DNA of 64,000 nt, taken from the NCBI GenBank assembly GCA_046290225.1, contig JBKAGE010000080.1:32001-96000 (forward strand), read 5' to 3'. Both the position numbers and the translations under genes were made by a program. Source of the DNA: Bradymonadia bacterium (GTDB lineage: Bacteria; Myxococcota_A; Bradymonadia; UBA7976; UBA1532). Shown one piece after another: positions 38,029 through 49,300 of the stretch (positions are counted from its first letter, which is position 1; each line of letters begins with the position of its first letter). The notes under the pieces are model-generated. The model had not been told where the DNA came from and searched no databases. It saw only the letters and a list, made by a program, of their open reading frames with translations.

Positions 38029-39186
38029 TCAGGCGGCGGGGGCGATCTCGGGCAGCTCGGTGGTGGGCGAGGCGGGCTGACCAGTCTGCTCCACCACGCC
38101 GGCGACGGCGAGCTCGTCATCGCCACGGCCGAGGCGACGCAGCGAGCGGTAGTGACCGGCGATGGCGGTGCGGAGGGTGGGCACGTGGCGGTAGGTCACC
38201 CCATGACGATCAGCCACCTCTTGCAGAATCTTGGAGATCGCCGGGTAGTGCACGTGGCTGATGCGGGGGAACAGGTGATGCACCACCTGGTAGTTCAGCC
38301 CACCCACGTACCAAGTCAGGAGGCGGTTGCTCCGGGCGAAGTCCACGGTGCCGGCGAGCTGATGTTGGGCGAAGTCCACCTCGAGCATGGTGGGCCCCTC
38401 GTGGTTGGGGATCACGAACTGCGCTGACTCCACGCAGTGGGCGAGCTGGAAGATGACCGCCAGGGTGAGGCCCAGCACCATCTCGGTGAGGACGTAGAAC
38501 ACCAGGGCGGGGCCCACACCGACGAAGATCGCCGGCAGGATGATCATCCAGGTGAGGAAGAAGATCTTGCCGAAGAGGAACTGCGCGAGATCGAGCCCCC
38601 GGGGCAGCTTGATGGTGCGCTCGGCCACCCGACGGTTCTTGAGCTGTACGAAGTCGTCGAAGTACCAGCGGATGGTGAGCATGCTGTAGAGGAACCACAT
38701 GTAGAACTGCTGGTATCGGTGGAACCACAGCCGCTCGTGATCAGGGGCGAAACGCCCGAGCTTGCCCACGTCGAGATCGTCGTCCACGTGGCTGACGTTG
38801 GTGTAGGCGTGATGGATGCGGTTGTGCTTGGTCTGCCAGAGGTAGCTGCTGGCCCCGAGAATATCGAGGCTGCAGCTCACCAGGCGGTTGACCCACTTCT
38901 TCTTCGAGTAGGCCCCGTGGTTGGCGTCGTGCTGCACAGCGAAGCCGATGCCCGCCATGACCAGGCCGCAGATGACGGCGAGGCCGATGGTGAGGCCCCA
39001 GGAGAAGGGCAGGGTCAGGAAGGCCGTCACCACCCCAGCGAGGCTGCTGAGCAGGAACGCGGTCTTGAGCCACATACGCCAGCCACCGGCGGTGCTGGTG
39101 CCCGTGCGCTCGAAGTGAGCGTCGACGGACTTGCGCAGGTCGCGGTCGAAGTCAGAGCGTTTCCCGAATCGGATGACGTGGGCCAT
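38029..39186 (-). CDS. Acyl-CoA/fatty acid desaturase
   Basis: His boxes HDANH, HNRIHH and QVVHH. Confidence 0.93.
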   Translation of the reverse strand: MAHVIRFGKRSDFDRDLRKSVDAHFERTGTSTAGGWRMWLKTAFLLSSLAGVVTAFLTLPFSWGLTIGLAVICGLVMAGIGFAVQHDANHGAYSKKKWVNRLVSCSLDILGASSYLWQTKHNRIHHAYTNVSHVDDDLDVGKLGRFAPDHERLWFHRYQQFYMWFLYSMLTIRWYFDDFVQLKNRRVAERTIKLPRGLDLAQFLFGKIFFLTWMIILPAIFVGVGPALVFYVLTEMVLGLTLAVIFQLAHCVESAQFVIPNHEGPTMLEVDFAQHQLAGTVDFARSNRLLTWYVGGLNYQVVHHLFPRISHVHYPAISKILQEVADRHGVTYRHVPTLRTAIAGHYRSLRRLGRGDDELAVAGVVEQTGQPASPTTELPEIAPAA

Positions 39187-39519
39187 GACAGGCTCCTCTC
39201 GATTGACTGAGACCATTGTGGCGAAAAGGCCCGCACCCTGCCGTCATGCTTCGGTCAAGTCGTGGCACCGTTTCATAGGCGGTCTGTCACCACTCAACCA
39301 GTAAAAGGTCTCAGAAATGTCTTTGGGGTCTTCGAAGGGCAGCCTTCACATGATCTACAACGAAACATCTGGGGGGTGATTTGAAGGATTTCGGCCAGGA
39401 GTTCTCCGAATTTGGCCGCTGCCTTACGGCTACATCACGTTATCTCCCACGCGACAGATTGTGAACCCTGTTTATCTGTGCAGGCTCCGGGGTGATTTTC
39501 ACGAGACACAGGAGGCCTC

Positions 39520-40794
39520 ATGTCTGCGTACGTCGGCCTGGACTTCGGCACCACCAACAGCGCCCTGGCCATCGCGCCGGAGCACGGCCCGGCCCACTTG
39601 ATCCCCCTCACGGGCCCTCAGGGCACAGCGAGCATCTGCCGCTCGATCATGTTCTTCGAGCGCGGCATGCGCGCCACCGACCTCGAGATCTCCATCGGCG
39701 CTCAGGCGGTGCACAGATATGTGGAGACAGGCGGTGAGGGTCGTCTGATCCAGTCGATCAAGTCCCACCTCGCCAGCGGCCTGTTCTCCGAGACCCGCGT
39801 CATCAATCGACGCTTCGACCTGCCTGATCTCATCGGGGTGTTCCTGCAGCACCTGCGACGCCACACCGACGTCGATCTCGGCGATCGCGTCGTGGTGGGG
39901 CGCCCGGTGCGTTACTGGGGCGCCAAGGATGCCGAGGACGAGGCCCGGGCCCTCGAGCGCATGCAGGCCGCCCTGGCCCTGGCGGGCTTTCACGAGGTGG
40001 TCTTCGAGTACGAGCCCGTGGCCGCAGCGTTGAAGTACGGATCCGGGCTGCACCGTGAAGAGCTGGTCCTCATCGCCGACTTTGGTGGTGGTACCAGCGA
40101 CTTCTCCCTCATCAAGGTGGGCCCTGGCGTCGACCCGGAAGATCCAGACACGATCCTCGGCACCGGCGGTGTGGGCATCGGCGGTGACACCTTCGACGGG
40201 CGCATCATCCACGAGGCAGTGGCCCCGGCCCTGGGCTACGGCAGCACCTATGACACGCCTTATGGCAAGACCCTGCCCATCCCCGCCTGGATCTACGGCA
40301 AGCTCGAACGCTGGCACCACCTGTCGTTCCTCAAATCGCCCGACACCTTGAAGCTGCTCCGCGAGATCGCCTCCGGGGCCGAAGATCCAGATCAGATCGA
40401 GGCCCTCATCGCCCTGGTGGACGAGAACCTCGGGCACCCGCTGCACCAGGCCGTGGAGCGCACCAAGGTGGCCCTCTCCGGTGATGACTCGACGCGTTTC
40501 CGGTTCGACCTGCCCCCCCTCGACCTCACCGCGGCCGTGCAGCGGGCTACGTTCAATGATTGGATCAGCCCTGATCTGGCCACCATCGACGCGGTGATCA
40601 CCGATTTGCTCGACTCCACAGGTGTCTCTGCTGATCAGATCGATCGCGTGTTCACTACGGGTGGTTCTTCCCTGGTGCCTGCTGTCCGAGGCATGCTGAC
40701 GACCCGCTTCGGCGCAGATCGCCTCGCCGCCGGTGACGAGCTCACTTCGGTGGCCACCGGGCTGGCGATCCGCGCTCGCTCCCGCTTCAAGTGA
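39520..40794 (+). CDS. yegD: Hsp70-family protein, YegD-like
   Basis: GLDFGTTNS, VVGRPV, EPVAAA, DFGGGTSDFS, GIGGDTFD, TGGSS; short length. Confidence 0.85.
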   Translation: MSAYVGLDFGTTNSALAIAPEHGPAHLIPLTGPQGTASICRSIMFFERGMRATDLEISIGAQAVHRYVETGGEGRLIQSIKSHLASGLFSETRVINRRFDLPDLIGVFLQHLRRHTDVDLGDRVVVGRPVRYWGAKDAEDEARALERMQAALALAGFHEVVFEYEPVAAALKYGSGLHREELVLIADFGGGTSDFSLIKVGPGVDPEDPDTILGTGGVGIGGDTFDGRIIHEAVAPALGYGSTYDTPYGKTLPIPAWIYGKLERWHHLSFLKSPDTLKLLREIASGAEDPDQIEALIALVDENLGHPLHQAVERTKVALSGDDSTRFRFDLPPLDLTAAVQRATFNDWISPDLATIDAVITDLLDSTGVSADQIDRVFTTGGSSLVPAVRGMLTTRFGADRLAAGDELTSVATGLAIRARSRFK

Positions 40795-40816
40795 GATCAC
40801 ACGCGTGAGACTGAAC

Positions 40817-41572
40817 ATGCGCATCACCGGGCTCTGGCCTCTCCTCGTCACAGCGCAGCTCTGGGCATGTGGCGGCGCGCCGACGCCAAAACCGTCTGCA
40901 GATCCACTCCAGCTGGCCTTTGAAGCCGCGGTGCTCAGGGCCTCGGATGCCTACGTCCAGGATGTCCGTGATGATCTGCGCTCCGTACCCGAAGACACAG
41001 AGCAGGTGCAGGTGGTGGCCATGATGTCTGCGGCCACCCAGAGCCGGTTCTATGGGGTGGGTGTGCGCGGGCAGCTTCCCGAAGAGATGAACGGCGCGCC
41101 CTTTGTACTCTGGGTCACCCTCGAGCCCGAGCTGCGGGATTTTTGTACCGGGCCGGGGCACCGCGACGCCCCCCGAGCTCAATGGACTCGGCTGCGGCAA
41201 TACCTTGGGATGAAGCCCCCACAGGCAGACGAGCCCCCTGATGTGCTGGTCTACCTCACGGTGCACCCTCTGGATCTCATTCGCCCGTGCCGGGATCCGG
41301 AGACCTTCGACACCGCGTGCACCCTGGGCGTCGCGACGACCTATCACAGACACATCCCCGCTTACGCGAAGTTCTTCGAGGGCCTCGCGGGCAATGGCTA
41401 CCCCTTCACGGGTCTCGGCTACACCTTCGACTGGGGTCGTGACTGGTCCGGTGACGCGCCCATCCCCGCTGGGGCCTCAGAGTACATTTTGCGCCCGGGG
41501 GGCCCCTACACGGTGCGGGCGGTGCACTCGGTGACAGAAGATTGCAACGGTCCCCAACCACGGATCGAATAG
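40817..41572 (+). CDS. Hypothetical lipoprotein
   Basis: Lipobox LWAC; RLRQYLG, LIRPC.DP, YPFTGLGYTFDW, GASEY. Confidence 0.7.
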   Translation: MRITGLWPLLVTAQLWACGGAPTPKPSADPLQLAFEAAVLRASDAYVQDVRDDLRSVPEDTEQVQVVAMMSAATQSRFYGVGVRGQLPEEMNGAPFVLWVTLEPELRDFCTGPGHRDAPRAQWTRLRQYLGMKPPQADEPPDVLVYLTVHPLDLIRPCRDPETFDTACTLGVATTYHRHIPAYAKFFEGLAGNGYPFTGLGYTFDWGRDWSGDAPIPAGASEYILRPGGPYTVRAVHSVTEDCNGPQPRIE

Positions 41573-41699
41573 CTTCAGGGGATCCACCGTCGGGGGGTGC
41601 TGACGAGAGGCTTGCAGGTATAGAGCGAACCTTGGCTCTAAACTTGACAGCGAGGGCCTCAACCACCACACACTCCAATGATTTCACTGGAGGACCCCC

Positions 41700-42476
41700 A
41701 TGGGGCTGTTCAAGACTCTGTGCGCTACGGCGCTCTTCGCCACCCTGCCCTTCACCTTCGCTCACGCCAAAAAGGGTGAGAAGGCCCCTGCGGCCGAGAA
41801 GCTGTACTTGCTGGGTTCTTCCTCGATCAACGGCGCCTTTGGCCGACAGCTCGAGACCGCCCTCGAAGAGGGTGGCTACGATGTCGAACGTTACGGCAAG
41901 TCGTCTTCGGGCTTCTCCCGCCCCGACTTCCTCGACTGGCAAAAAGAGCTGAAGAAGATCAAGGGCCTCAAGAAAGCCAAGGGCGCTCTGGTCTACATGG
42001 GCGGCAACGACGGCCAGGGCATCTGGCTGCGCCCCGACGAGCGCGAGGGCGGCAAGAAGGGCGAGAAGTGGATCAAGTTCGGCCAGGCTTCGCAGTGGTC
42101 GAAGGTCTACAAGGCCCGGGTGCAGACCTTCGTGCAGGCCCTGTGCGACGCCGGCCTCGAGAAGGTGATCGTGCTGCCCCCCATGGACGCGGTGCCCAAG
42201 AAGTCCGAGCTGCGCTTCACCCGCATTCGGGCGCTGCAGGTGGCCGGCGCCACGGCAGCCTCGTGTGGCGCCGTGGTCTCCACCAGCGGTGACGCCGCTC
42301 AGCTCAAGAACAAGAAGAAGGCCAAGGAGCTGCGCCAGAAGGACGGGATCCACGCCTCGATCTCCGGTGCCCGTCGAGTGATCAAGCGCATCACCCCGAA
42401 GGTGGCCGAGATCTTCCCCCCGCTGAAGCAGCCCGAGCCCCCCGCAGAAGACGCACCTGCCCCGAAGAATAAGTAG
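41700..42476 (+). CDS. Secreted SGNH/DUF459-like protein
   Basis: Signal peptide; GSSS, SSGFSRPDFLDW, MGGND, DGIH. Confidence 0.75.
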   Translation: MGLFKTLCATALFATLPFTFAHAKKGEKAPAAEKLYLLGSSSINGAFGRQLETALEEGGYDVERYGKSSSGFSRPDFLDWQKELKKIKGLKKAKGALVYMGGNDGQGIWLRPDEREGGKKGEKWIKFGQASQWSKVYKARVQTFVQALCDAGLEKVIVLPPMDAVPKKSELRFTRIRALQVAGATAASCGAVVSTSGDAAQLKNKKKAKELRQKDGIHASISGARRVIKRITPKVAEIFPPLKQPEPPAEDAPAPKNK

Positions 42477-42529
42477 TCACCCGCCCAACCTTCTCCGGCT
42501 ATCCTGGCCTCTCATCGACGCGAGAGACC

Positions 42530-43141
42530 ATGCTTCCTGCCCTTTTCGAGCTGCCCGACCTGCCCGAGCCCTGGCCGCTGTTTCTCTTTCTGCACGGAAA
42601 AGGCGAGCGCGGCCCTGGTGGTGACGATCTCGACCGCGTGCGCCAGTGGGGCCCACCGAAACAGATCGCCGAGGGCGCGAGCATTCCGGGTTTGCTCGTC
42701 TCCCCCCAGTGCCCCCTCGATCGATTCTGGCGCACCGACGAGGTGCTGGCTCTGCTCGACGATGTGCAGGGGCGATATCCCATCGACCGTCGGCGGGTGT
42801 ACCTCACGGGTTTGAGCATGGGCGGCACCGGCAGCTGGGATCTGCTCGCCGCGGCCCCCGATCGCTTCGCCGCCGCCTTCATCATCTGCGGGCGCACTGA
42901 TCTCGAACAGGCACCGAAGATCACCGATGTGCCGATTCAGGTGTTCCACGGCGCCCTCGATCCCATCATTCCGCTCTCCGATTCCGTGACCATGGTCGAC
43001 GCCGTGCGACGAGCGGGGGGTCAAGTCGATCTGACGGTGTACCCCGAGGCCGCCCACGTAGAGGCCTGGGTACAGGCCTACGGCGCCGAAGGCGGTCGCC
43101 GCTGGCACACCTGGCTGATGCAGCACACCCGAGAGGTATAG
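42530..43141 (+). CDS. Alpha/beta hydrolase (predicted peptidase/phospholipase)
   Basis: FLHGKGERG, YLTGLSMGG, FHGALD, YPEAAH. Confidence 0.88.
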   Translation: MLPALFELPDLPEPWPLFLFLHGKGERGPGGDDLDRVRQWGPPKQIAEGASIPGLLVSPQCPLDRFWRTDEVLALLDDVQGRYPIDRRRVYLTGLSMGGTGSWDLLAAAPDRFAAAFIICGRTDLEQAPKITDVPIQVFHGALDPIIPLSDSVTMVDAVRRAGGQVDLTVYPEAAHVEAWVQAYGAEGGRRWHTWLMQHTREV

Positions 43142-43146
43142 AGATC

Positions 43147-43986
43147 ATGCAGCACGTCGTGACCCGACCCCGTGAGCCCTTCACCGCCGCCGACGGCCGA
43201 CTGATGGTGCATCAAGTGCCAGTGTGGAAGGACAACCTCGTCTGGCTGGTGGTCTGCACCGAGACCGGCGCCGCGGCGGCCATCGACGGGCCAGAAGCAG
43301 GGCCGGTGCTGGCGTACTGCGAGGCCCACGGCATCACCCTCGGGGCCATCTTCAACACCCACGTGCATCCCGATCACATCGGCATCAACAACGCCCTGCA
43401 GAGCGAAGGCAAGCTGGCCTCGATGCGGGTGGTCGGCTCGCGCGTGCGACCCCACGACATCCCCGGCATCACGGAGCAGGTCGGTGAGGGCGACACGGTG
43501 CAACTGGGCGCGGTGGAAGGTCGCGTGATGCTCACCGAGGGGCACCAAGACGGCCACATCTCGTATCTCTTCGGCGACGTGCTCTTCTGCGGTGACACGA
43601 TGTTCGCCGGGGGCTGCGGCTACCTGTTCGACGGCCCGCCGGAGAAGATGCACGCCAGCCTGCAGCGTTTGGCAGCCCTGCCCCCGGAGACGCGGGTGTG
43701 CTGCGCCCACGAGTACACCGAGTCCAACCTGAAGTTCGCGCTGTCGGTGGAGCCAGGAAACGCAGCCTTGGTGGATCGCGTGGCCCGCGTACAGGTGATC
43801 CGCGCCGAGGGGGGCTGTACGGTACCCTCGACCATCGCCGAGGAGCGGGCGACGAACCCCTTCGTGCGGGTGAGCTCACCCGAACTCAGAGCCCAGCTGG
43901 CCCGGCAGGCCCCCGATGCTTCTTTGGAGACCGGCGCCGAGATCTTCGCGGCCACTCGAACGCTCAAGAACGGCTTCAAAGGCTGA
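43147..43986 (+). CDS. gloB: Hydroxyacylglutathione hydrolase (glyoxalase II)
   Basis: DN, THVHPDHIG, GH, FCGDTMF.GGCG, CAHEYT.SN, E.ATNPF. Confidence 0.9.
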   Translation: MQHVVTRPREPFTAADGRLMVHQVPVWKDNLVWLVVCTETGAAAAIDGPEAGPVLAYCEAHGITLGAIFNTHVHPDHIGINNALQSEGKLASMRVVGSRVRPHDIPGITEQVGEGDTVQLGAVEGRVMLTEGHQDGHISYLFGDVLFCGDTMFAGGCGYLFDGPPEKMHASLQRLAALPPETRVCCAHEYTESNLKFALSVEPGNAALVDRVARVQVIRAEGGCTVPSTIAEERATNPFVRVSSPELRAQLARQAPDASLETGAEIFAATRTLKNGFKG

Positions 43987-44748
43987 TCAGCCCTGGTTGC
44001 TGAAACACTGCAGATCGTACAGGTGTCGAAAGCCCCGCTTCTTGAGCAATGGCGCTGACGTGGCGGTGCGGGCGAGGGTCACGGCGAGCTCGACGCCCGC
44101 CTGGGCCAGCTCGGACAACCGTACCTCGGTGAGCTGCCGATACAGCCCGCGACCTCGGGCTTCTGGGGCCACCACGGCCCCTGAAAGATAGGCATACCGC
44201 CGACCGTCGAGTTCGAGCAGCAACGTCGACGACACCCCCACGACCTGCCCGTCGACGCGTGCAGCGTAGAGCCACCTCGGTGTCGCCCACTGAGCGCGCT
44301 CCAACGCTTCTCGCTCCATCTCGGAGAGACCCCACAGAGCACAATGGGCCGGCGTGTAGGCCGACGCGTCGACGCGAGAGACCTGCGCTGACGTCTGAGC
44401 ACGCACAGTCGGGGTGATGGCCAGAGCCTCGGCCTGCCACGTACGAAACCCGCTCACGGCCTCTGGCGCCTTGGCCCATGGCCCCACGCAGAGCTTGAGC
44501 GGTGCCCCCTCTGGTGCATCAGCGAAGGGCTCGGGCTCCACCGACAGCGGCACCTCGTTGGTCATCGTAGACGAGATCGTGGGATGCCAGACTGAGAAGT
44601 GCCCCGGCCGAGCCACCCACTGGCTCCCAGGCCACCACGGATGCACCCCCACGGGGGCCAGCGCAGCAGCGAAAGCTTCAGATTCGAGGGCCTCACGCAA
44701 TGCCGGGGTGACAATCTGCGAGAGCAACGCGCCTCGGTGCCCTGTCAT
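43987..44748 (-). CDS. GNAT-family acetyltransferase (start uncertain)
   Basis: YLSGAVVAPEARGRGLY...TSAPLL.KRGF. Confidence 0.75.
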   Translation of the reverse strand: MTGHRGALLSQIVTPALREALESEAFAAALAPVGVHPWWPGSQWVARPGHFSVWHPTISSTMTNEVPLSVEPEPFADAPEGAPLKLCVGPWAKAPEAVSGFRTWQAEALAITPTVRAQTSAQVSRVDASAYTPAHCALWGLSEMEREALERAQWATPRWLYAARVDGQVVGVSSTLLLELDGRRYAYLSGAVVAPEARGRGLYRQLTEVRLSELAQAGVELAVTLARTATSAPLLKKRGFRHLYDLQCFSNQG

Positions 44749-44873
44749 GGACGAACTGACACGCCTCATCTGACCCCTCCTGATGCACCGGTGTGCGCAG
44801 TGCGGTGTTTGAAAACACGTGCCACGGAGTCCTGTAGAGGACAAGCACGGACAACACACCTTCAGGGGCAAAG

Positions 44874-46370
44874 ATGAAGCAATGTTCAACACTGATGCTC
44901 GTGTGCCTCGGCGCACTCTGGACACAGGGCTGCATCGAACAGTCGCCGACGATGGATTCAGATGGTCGAGAAGCTGAGTTTGGAGATGAAGCTGGTGTCA
45001 CGGGCGGCGTACCTGCACTCAGCGAACCACAGGATGACATGCCCACAGGGGGCTCTGACCAAGCAGAGGATGAAGATGATGAAGACGAGGCCTACGAGCG
45101 CCCTCGTGTCGCCGTTCAAGTGGCTGTCGGCTCAGGTTACACATGCGCTCTGCTCGACGACGGCCTTCGAGAGGGCACCGTCAAATGTTGGGGTGTAGGT
45201 GAGGCGTTGGGGCTCGGAGATGACGAGCCCATGGGAGACGAGCCTGGCGAGATGGGCAACGCGTTGCCTGCCCTCGACTTTGGTGCAGATGCGGTGGTCA
45301 CCCAACTCACCGCAGGCTTCCGCCACACCTGCGCCCTCTTCGAGGGTGGGAGGGCGAAGTGCTGGGGCAGCAACGATTGGGGGAGTCTCGGTCGAGGTCA
45401 CGACGACAACAATCACGGCGCTGAACCAGGACACACCCTGGGCGATGACGACCCTTTCATCGATCTCGGCTCCAGCGGCACAGTGGTCCAGCTTGCCGCA
45501 GGCGGGTCTCACACCTGCGCGCTCATCGATGACGGCTTCCGAGGGGGCATCATCAAATGTTGGGGCGACAACCAAATGAGGCAGCTTGGTCTGAACACCT
45601 ACGACCCTCGCGGGGAGAGGCCCAGGGACATGGGAGACAACCTGCCGCCGGTCGACCTCGGCACTGGACAGAGCGCGATCCAGGTCACGGCAGGCTCCGT
45701 GCACACGTGCGCACTCCTCGAGAGCGGACACATCAAGTGTTGGGGTTTGGAGAGCTACGCCTACGAGGGTGCTTCCCCAAGCCCCCTCGGCGACGCGCTG
45801 CCCTTCATCGATCTCGGACCTGGCCGTACGGCCGTTCAGATCGACGCAAGAGGCCTCCACACCTGTGCTCTACTCGACGACGGCTCGGTCAAATGCTGGG
45901 GCAGCAACAGTCACGGTCAGCTCGGTCAGGGACATCGTCAAAACCTTGGTGAGGGCACCGCCCCCAGCAGCGACATCCCCCCCATCGATCTGGGCACCGG
46001 GCGTACGGCGCTGCGCATCACAGCCGGCCGTTTACACAACTGTGCCCTGCTCGACGACCACAGCATCAAGTGTTGGGGCAGCAACTACTCGGGGAGGCTC
46101 GGCCTCGGCATCCCGGGCGAATTTCGAGGAGCCGAGCCAGGGGAGATGGGTGATGCGCTGCCGCCGGTCGATCTCGGCACTGGGCACACTGCTGTAGATG
46201 TCGTGGCTGGCGAAGAGCACACCTGCGTCCTCTTCGAGGAGGGCGCCATCAAGTGCTGGGGTGACAACTCTTTCGGACAGCTCGGTCAAAACGATCGCCT
46301 AGCTCGTGGAGCCGAGGCGAGCGAGATGGGGCATGCCCTCCGAGTCATCGATCTCGGCACAACACCCTGA
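44874..46370 (+). CDS. RCC1/BLIP-II repeat lipoprotein
   Basis: Seven G..H/YTCALL...KCWG repeats; lipobox-like TQGC. Confidence 0.9.
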   Translation: MKQCSTLMLVCLGALWTQGCIEQSPTMDSDGREAEFGDEAGVTGGVPALSEPQDDMPTGGSDQAEDEDDEDEAYERPRVAVQVAVGSGYTCALLDDGLREGTVKCWGVGEALGLGDDEPMGDEPGEMGNALPALDFGADAVVTQLTAGFRHTCALFEGGRAKCWGSNDWGSLGRGHDDNNHGAEPGHTLGDDDPFIDLGSSGTVVQLAAGGSHTCALIDDGFRGGIIKCWGDNQMRQLGLNTYDPRGERPRDMGDNLPPVDLGTGQSAIQVTAGSVHTCALLESGHIKCWGLESYAYEGASPSPLGDALPFIDLGPGRTAVQIDARGLHTCALLDDGSVKCWGSNSHGQLGQGHRQNLGEGTAPSSDIPPIDLGTGRTALRITAGRLHNCALLDDHSIKCWGSNYSGRLGLGIPGEFRGAEPGEMGDALPPVDLGTGHTAVDVVAGEEHTCVLFEEGAIKCWGDNSFGQLGQNDRLARGAEASEMGHALRVIDLGTTP

Positions 46371-46384
46371 GAGGCCTCTGCCGC

Positions 46385-49300
46385 TCAGTCGTAGATGTAG
46401 AGCGGACGATCCACCGGGTACAGCCGCAGATCGAGCGTGTATGGGTGCCGAGGGTACACCGACGAGGCCAGCGGCCGCACCGGCGAGCGGGCGTTGCCGT
46501 GGATCGTGAAGCGTTGAGCCCGCCGCGCCCCGGCCTCGAAGGCCGTGAGCGGCGGATCTTCGAAGGCCCGGCCCTCGGGATGCCACACGTGATAGGTGCA
46601 GCGACCCAAAGATCGCTGATGCCACGTGTCCACCACATCGAAGTGCAGCGGGTGGTGCACCCCGATGCTCGGGTGCAGACAGTGGGCCGGCTGCCACGCC
46701 CGGAACTTCACCCCGGCGATCTGCTCCCCCACCACGTCGGTGGGGTGCAAAGGCACCGCGAGGCCGTTCACCATGAGCACGTGGCGGCCCTCGGTAAAGC
46801 CCGTAACCTTGAGTTGCAGGCGCTCGAGCGACGAGTCGACGAAGCGCGACACCGTGCCCCCCGTGGGCTCCTCGCCGAGCACGGGCCAGGGTTCGAGGGC
46901 CGGTCGGATCTCCACGTTGATGCCCTCGGGCAGGGTGAGGCGGCCCATGATCGGGAACCGGTACTCGATGAAGGGCCGGAACCACTCCGGATCGAGCTCG
47001 ATACCGTGGCTGCGCAGCTCTCCGAGCAGGTCGAGCAGATCAGCCCACAAGAAGTGAGGCAGCATGAATCGGTCGTGCAGCTGATGCCCCCAGCGCACGA
47101 AGCCCCCGGGCACTGGCCCCGCGAGGCAACGGGCCACCAATGCTCTCACCAGCAGCATCTGCGCCGCCGCCATGCGCTCGTGGGGCGGCATCTCGAAGGC
47201 CCGCAGCTCGATGATGCCCTGGCGCCCGGCGGCGTGGGCGGGGCTGTAGAGCTTGTCGATGCAGATCTCTGCGCGGTGGGTGTTCCCGCTCACGTCCACG
47301 AGCAGGTTGCGCAGGGCGCGATCCACGAGCCACGGCGGGGCCATCTGGGCGTAGCCGGGGTTTTGCACGAGGCGGTCGAGGGCCAGCTCGAGCTCATCGA
47401 GGACCTCCATCCGGGCCTCGTCTATGCGGGGGGCCTGCGACGTGGGCCCCACGAAGAGCCCCGTGAAGAAGTACGACATGCAGGGGTGGCGCTGCACCAG
47501 CTTGAGAAAGCCCGCCATCACGTCAGGGCGCTGCAGGAACACACTCTCGGTGGTGCTCGGCCCCCCGAGGGTGAGGTGGTGGCCGCCGCCGCTGCCCACC
47601 TCGCGGCCATCGAGCTGATACTTCTCTGTGCTCAGACCTGAGTGGTTCGCGGCGTCGGAGAGAGTCTCCGAGAGCTTCACGTAATCAGCAAAGCGCGAGG
47701 TCACTGGCAGGTTCACCTCGATGACCCCAGGATCGGGGGACACGAGGATGCTCGACAGGCGGCTGTCTTTTGGCGGCGGGTAGCCTTCGAGGCGCACCGC
47801 AGTCTCGATGCCTGCTGATTCCAGGGCGCCCTCGATGGCGTCGAGCAACACCACGAAGCGATCAGCGTCGGGCAATGGCGGCAAGAACAGGTTGAGCGTC
47901 TGCGACTGGGCGTCGGGCTCGATGACCAGCGCCGTGAGAGGCGGCAACCAGGGTCCCACAGGGTAGGTCACCGCTGCAGGCGTCTGGCCGGGCTGCTGGC
48001 CTTCGATCTTCGCCGGATCGGGCAGGGCGCCCTGGGGCTCGGTGACGTCTCGGGGCACCAGCGTGCCCGCCTGGCCAGTGATGCGATCGAGAGGCAGGCG
48101 CAAACCCACGGGGCTGTCACCGGGGATCAGGTACAGCTCACCGCGGCGGAAGCTCCAGCGGTTGCTCGCCCAGCGGGCGCCGTCCCACGTAAGCGGGATC
48201 ACCTGCCCTGCGGGGCGGCCGAGGCCACGGTCGAGCACCCGTGCGAGGCGTCGGCGCTCTTCGCTGTCGGTGAGATCGGCCTTCAGCGGGTCGACGTCCA
48301 CAGGGAGCGCCTGCTCCTGGGTGGTGAAGTGCCACGGATCTTCGTAGGCAGCGTGCAGATTGGGGGCCACACCGAGGGTGGCACAGAGCGCCTCACCGAG
48401 GGCTTTGGCCTCTGCCTCGAGGCGATCGTGCGTCTCTGCCGGGGCGCCCACGCTGCCGTCACGGCTCACAGGGTTGGCGAAGCCGAGGCGCTCGGGGTTC
48501 TTCCAGAGGGGGACGCCGTCGGTGCGCCACCACAGCTCCAGATTCCAGCGGGGCAGTGATTCCCCAGGGTAGAGCTTGCCCATCCGCGACAGCGGCAGGC
48601 CGCCTTCGCCGAAACGCTGCTGTAACGCCTCGGCAAAGCGCAGCCCCTGCGCCCATTTCGTGGGGCCGAGGGCTTCAGTGATCCACTCTTTCTCCCGCGG
48701 ATGCTCCCGAGAGGTCCACGTAGGCTCGCCTCCCATAGTGAGCGTCACCCCATGACCCTCGATGATGGCGTCGACGCGATCGCCGGTGGCCTTCAGGGCC
48801 GACCACTGGTCTTCGGTGAGGGGTTTGCGGGGGCTGGGCTCATGGCCGAGGCGCTCGACGGTCATCTGCACGTCGAGCTGCCCCATGGACGAGGCGGTGC
48901 CGGTGATGGGCGCCGCCTGGAGCGGGCTCGCGGTGCACGCCAACGGGATATGGCCCTCGCCGCAGAGCAGCCCACTGGTGCCGTCGAGGCCCACCCAACC
49001 GGCGCCGGGCAGGTACACCTCTGCCCAGGCGTGCAGATCGACCACATCCTGGGTCACCCCCTTGGGCAGATCGGGGATGATGCCCTCGTCGGTGAGCTGC
49101 ACGAGGTACCCGCTCACGAAGCGCGCAGCGAGGCCCCTCGCCCGCAGCGCGTCGACGAGCAGCACCGCGGAGTCACGACAGCTGCCTCGACCGTTGAGGA
49201 GCGTCTCCTCGCTCGTCCAGACCCCGGGCTCCATGCGGATCACATAGTCGACGGTCTGGGCCACCTTGGTGTTGAGGGCCACGAGGTAGTCCACCACGTA

